A DNA stretch of 18,168 bases from Myxococcota bacterium. Lineage in GTDB: Bacteria; Myxococcota_A; UBA796; CAJQPC01. Under the pieces are notes generated by a model. That model searched no databases and was not told where the DNA came from. It saw only the letters and a list, made by a program, of their open reading frames with translations. Positions 15,780-18,168 of the stretch are shown here, piece by piece (positions within the stretch are counted from its first letter, which is position 1; each line of letters begins with the position of its first letter). The position numbers and the translations under genes were made by a program. The stretch spans positions 1 through 18,168 of the forward strand of contig DASCPX010000005.1 of NCBI GenBank assembly GCA_036012755.1. Direction: 5' to 3'.

Positions 15780-16931
15780 ATGTTCCTTTTCCTCGTTGCC
15801 TGTGATCTGGGCACCATCCAGGGTGAGACCGGCCAGGTCGAGCTCGTCGACGCCGACTTCGTGGTCGGTGCTTTCGAGAACTTCAGCTCGGCGGGTCCCG
15901 TCGAAGTTGGCTCCGAGCTCTGCCCGGAGATCAACTGCGTCGGCTGCGGAGAGAGCTCCACGGCCATCGACGACTGCTGGGAGCTCTCGACCGCGGGACT
16001 CACTGAAACCGACGACTGCTACGGCTTCGACACCCTCGGCAACGCCTCGATGACCTGGACCGCCGTCGAGTGCGACACCATCACCGACGCAGAGGACGAC
16101 GTGCTGAACTTCGTGGTCGTCGATGGGCTCGGTCCCCGCCTCGAGTTCCCCTACGCAGAGGCGGCGCTGCAGTCCAACGAAGACACCGAGGCCGGGCTGC
16201 GACACCACGAGCAGGACGCCTTCCCAGAGGACGTGCTCCCGGGTGACCACCTGCTGATCCTCGATGGCTCGGCCATTCGCACCCAGGTGGTGCTCGAGCA
16301 CGACGAGCTCGGGCTCGCCGCCTTCAACCCCTCCGCCCACGAGCTCACGGTCGAGGGCGGCACGGTGCTGGAGCAGGAGCGCAACAACGTGCTGTTCTCT
16401 GCCGATGGCGAGGGCAGCATCCTCTTCGACTCAGAGGAGATCGGCACCTTCGCGACCCTCTCCCCCGAGATGGTGGTCTCCCTCGAGATCCACGCGGGAA
16501 TCTTCGCCGACGAAGACAGCGAGTCGCCCCTCGCCGCGCGGGCGATCGCCAGAGACGCCGACGGCAACCAGGTCTTCGGTGTGCCCGTCGAGTGGAGCAT
16601 CGAGGACGGGACCTCGATCGCGGTGGCCCCGGTCCTCGACCAGGAAGGGGACGAGAGCTCCCAGACCGTGTTCCTCTCCGACGCCTGCATCGAGCCCGAC
16701 GGGTCCGAGCGCACGAGCCTGCTGGTCGCCCGCTGGGAGGACCTCGAGGCCAGCGCCGAGCTCACTTGGCAGAGCGCAGAGGCAGACCCGGACTGGGAGG
16801 CAGGCGAAGACTGCCTCGAGGTCGAGACCACCGGCTGCTCCGGGGGCTGCACGGCAGGTCCTGCAGCCCCGGGACTCGCCGCCCTGCTCCTAGGCCTGGC
16901 TGTGACCCGCCGGCGCAAGCGTCAGAACTGA
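15780..16931 (+). CDS. Acidic exported protein with N-terminal lipobox-like motif and MYXO-CTERM-like C-terminus, 383 aa
   Basis: MFLFLVA-C start with GAGGAG RBS and an in-frame TGA 9 nt upstream. Ig-like segment ARDADGNQVFGVPVEWSI. C-terminal GCSGGCTAGPAAPGLAALLLGLAVTRRRKRQN. Confidence 0.85.
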   Translation: MFLFLVACDLGTIQGETGQVELVDADFVVGAFENFSSAGPVEVGSELCPEINCVGCGESSTAIDDCWELSTAGLTETDDCYGFDTLGNASMTWTAVECDTITDAEDDVLNFVVVDGLGPRLEFPYAEAALQSNEDTEAGLRHHEQDAFPEDVLPGDHLLILDGSAIRTQVVLEHDELGLAAFNPSAHELTVEGGTVLEQERNNVLFSADGEGSILFDSEEIGTFATLSPEMVVSLEIHAGIFADEDSESPLAARAIARDADGNQVFGVPVEWSIEDGTSIAVAPVLDQEGDESSQTVFLSDACIEPDGSERTSLLVARWEDLEASAELTWQSAEADPDWEAGEDCLEVETTGCSGGCTAGPAAPGLAALLLGLAVTRRRKRQN

Positions 16932-17920
16932 AACTGGTAGGTGGTGCTGGCGAAGACCTCGCCAGCGCCACCGCTGGTGGTGTAGATGGCGCCGGTCTGC
17001 AGCTTCGAGTCGTGGCCTCGGCCATAGACGTTGAGTCCAGCGCCGAGCTCGTGGGTGGCGGCGGCCCCGTCCGGCAGGATCTGGCCGTAGCGCAGCACGG
17101 GCTCGACCCGCTCGGCCACGACGTAGCCGGCCTGGGCATGGAAGCCGAGGGCCGAGTAGGCCTGGTCCGTCCAGCTGCCGCCTGACTGCACCGTGCCCAC
17201 ATAGACAGCGCCGCTGGTGGAAAAACCCTGGACCTTCAGGATGTAGTCGAGGTTCGCCGCGACGCAGGAGCTGTCGTCGCCGTCGGCGTCGAACTCGCTC
17301 TGCACACCGGCGCCGAGGGAGTAGCGCAGGCCGCCCCCCTTCAGATCGGGCTCCTTGTAGCCCTTGAAGCCAGAGGAGTCGTAGCTCACCCGGGCCACCG
17401 CCACGGGCGCGAACCACCTCGTGTCACGGGTGCCGTTGAAGACGCCAAGCGCCCAGCCCACGCCCCCGCCCTCGGGGGTGCCGAGCACAGAGACGCCGAT
17501 GTCCCGACCGGCGCCAAAGGCCTCGTCCGTGAGGGCCCGCTCGGTGAACTGCAGCGAGCTCGATGAGCTGAGCTGCTGGCGGGAGAAGGACTTCTTGTAC
17601 TGGCCCGCGACCAGACTGATTCCCTCGGCCAGCTCGTAGTCGACCAGGAAGTCCTTGAGCGCGACCTGCCCCTGGCCGAAGTCGGCCTGGAAGTAGTAGC
17701 CGAGCCTGGGCCCGGCATCGCCAGAGAGCTTCAGCCTCGCACGAGGAATGGAGAAGTAGGACTCGCTCTGCGAGAGGTCGTCCGTCGGGCTCTCGAAGGT
17801 GTAGCGGGCCTGGACGCGCGCACCGATCTTCAGCTTCCAGTCGCCGTCTTCGATGGTGAAGCCCTTTCCATACGAGGCCTCGCCGGCATGGGACGTGGCG
17901 ACAAGCGCGAGCAGGAACAT
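16922..17920 (-). CDS. Porin, OprO/OprP phosphate-selective porin-like, 332 aa
   Basis: FSIPRARLKLSG, GQYKKSFSRQQLSSS...LQFTERA, GRDIG, GVFNG and C-terminal YQFQF. GGAGG RBS. Confidence 0.85.
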   Translation of the reverse strand: MFLLALVATSHAGEASYGKGFTIEDGDWKLKIGARVQARYTFESPTDDLSQSESYFSIPRARLKLSGDAGPRLGYYFQADFGQGQVALKDFLVDYELAEGISLVAGQYKKSFSRQQLSSSSSLQFTERALTDEAFGAGRDIGVSVLGTPEGGGVGWALGVFNGTRDTRWFAPVAVARVSYDSSGFKGYKEPDLKGGGLRYSLGAGVQSEFDADGDDSSCVAANLDYILKVQGFSTSGAVYVGTVQSGGSWTDQAYSALGFHAQAGYVVAERVEPVLRYGQILPDGAAATHELGAGLNVYGRGHDSKLQTGAIYTTSGGAGEVFASTTYQFQF

Positions 17921-17952
17921 GAGTCCTCCGGTCTTCTGGACTCAGCTAATCC

Positions 17953-18168
17953 TCAGCCCCCGATGTCGGCCAGCCACCCGAGCAGGGCCTCGCTGAAGGC
18001 CTCTGCCTCGGCGTCCATCGGCGAGTGGCCGCTTGCCTCGAAGATGACCAGCTCGGAGTCCGGGATGAGGGCGTCTGCGTCTTGTCCCAGCTCGGGGGGG
18101 CAGACGAAGTCGTAGCCACCCCACAGAAGCAGCGTCGGCACCTCGATGGCGGGGAGCTCCTCTGTGAA
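17953..18168 (-). CDS. Alpha/beta hydrolase, C-terminal fragment (5' end beyond the right edge)
   Basis: LPAIEVPTLLLWGGYDFVCP...FEASGHSPM contains the catalytic Asp and His motifs. The frame is open to the edge. Confidence 0.9.
   Translation of the reverse strand, partial: FTEELPAIEVPTLLLWGGYDFVCPPELGQDADALIPDSELVIFEASGHSPMDAEAEAFSEALLGWLADIGG

Overview
High-GC, very gene-dense bacterial window, most likely Myxococcota given two MYXO-CTERM-like C-termini. The left ~3.2 kb (minus strand) is the edge of a contractile-injection-system (eCIS/T6SS-like) spike-tip module. It holds a PAAR gene, a doubly frameshifted Trm112-like/SAM-methyltransferase gene coupled to it, a structured 133-nt intergenic region, and two tandem paralogous stand-alone Gp5/GpV-type spike genes. 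The second spike gene is missing from the ORF track because it runs off the left edge; it carries a >=208-aa Ser/Gly-rich repeat tail ending in (SKGG)n. The rest is mostly envelope and housekeeping genes: a DUF1302-like barrel plus lipoprotein, pyrF, several lipoproteins, a lectin-like/TSP3/MYXO-CTERM protein, a PlsC-family acyltransferase, a bolA-grxD-COG0523 operon, a PD40-amidohydrolase-murB-sulfotransferase operon, a second MYXO-CTERM protein, an OprO/P-like porin and a partial alpha/beta hydrolase. Many exported proteins have ultrashort signal peptides with no basic n-region. No rRNA, tRNA, CRISPR array or mobile element was recognised. All family calls come from motifs recognised by eye, not from database searches.
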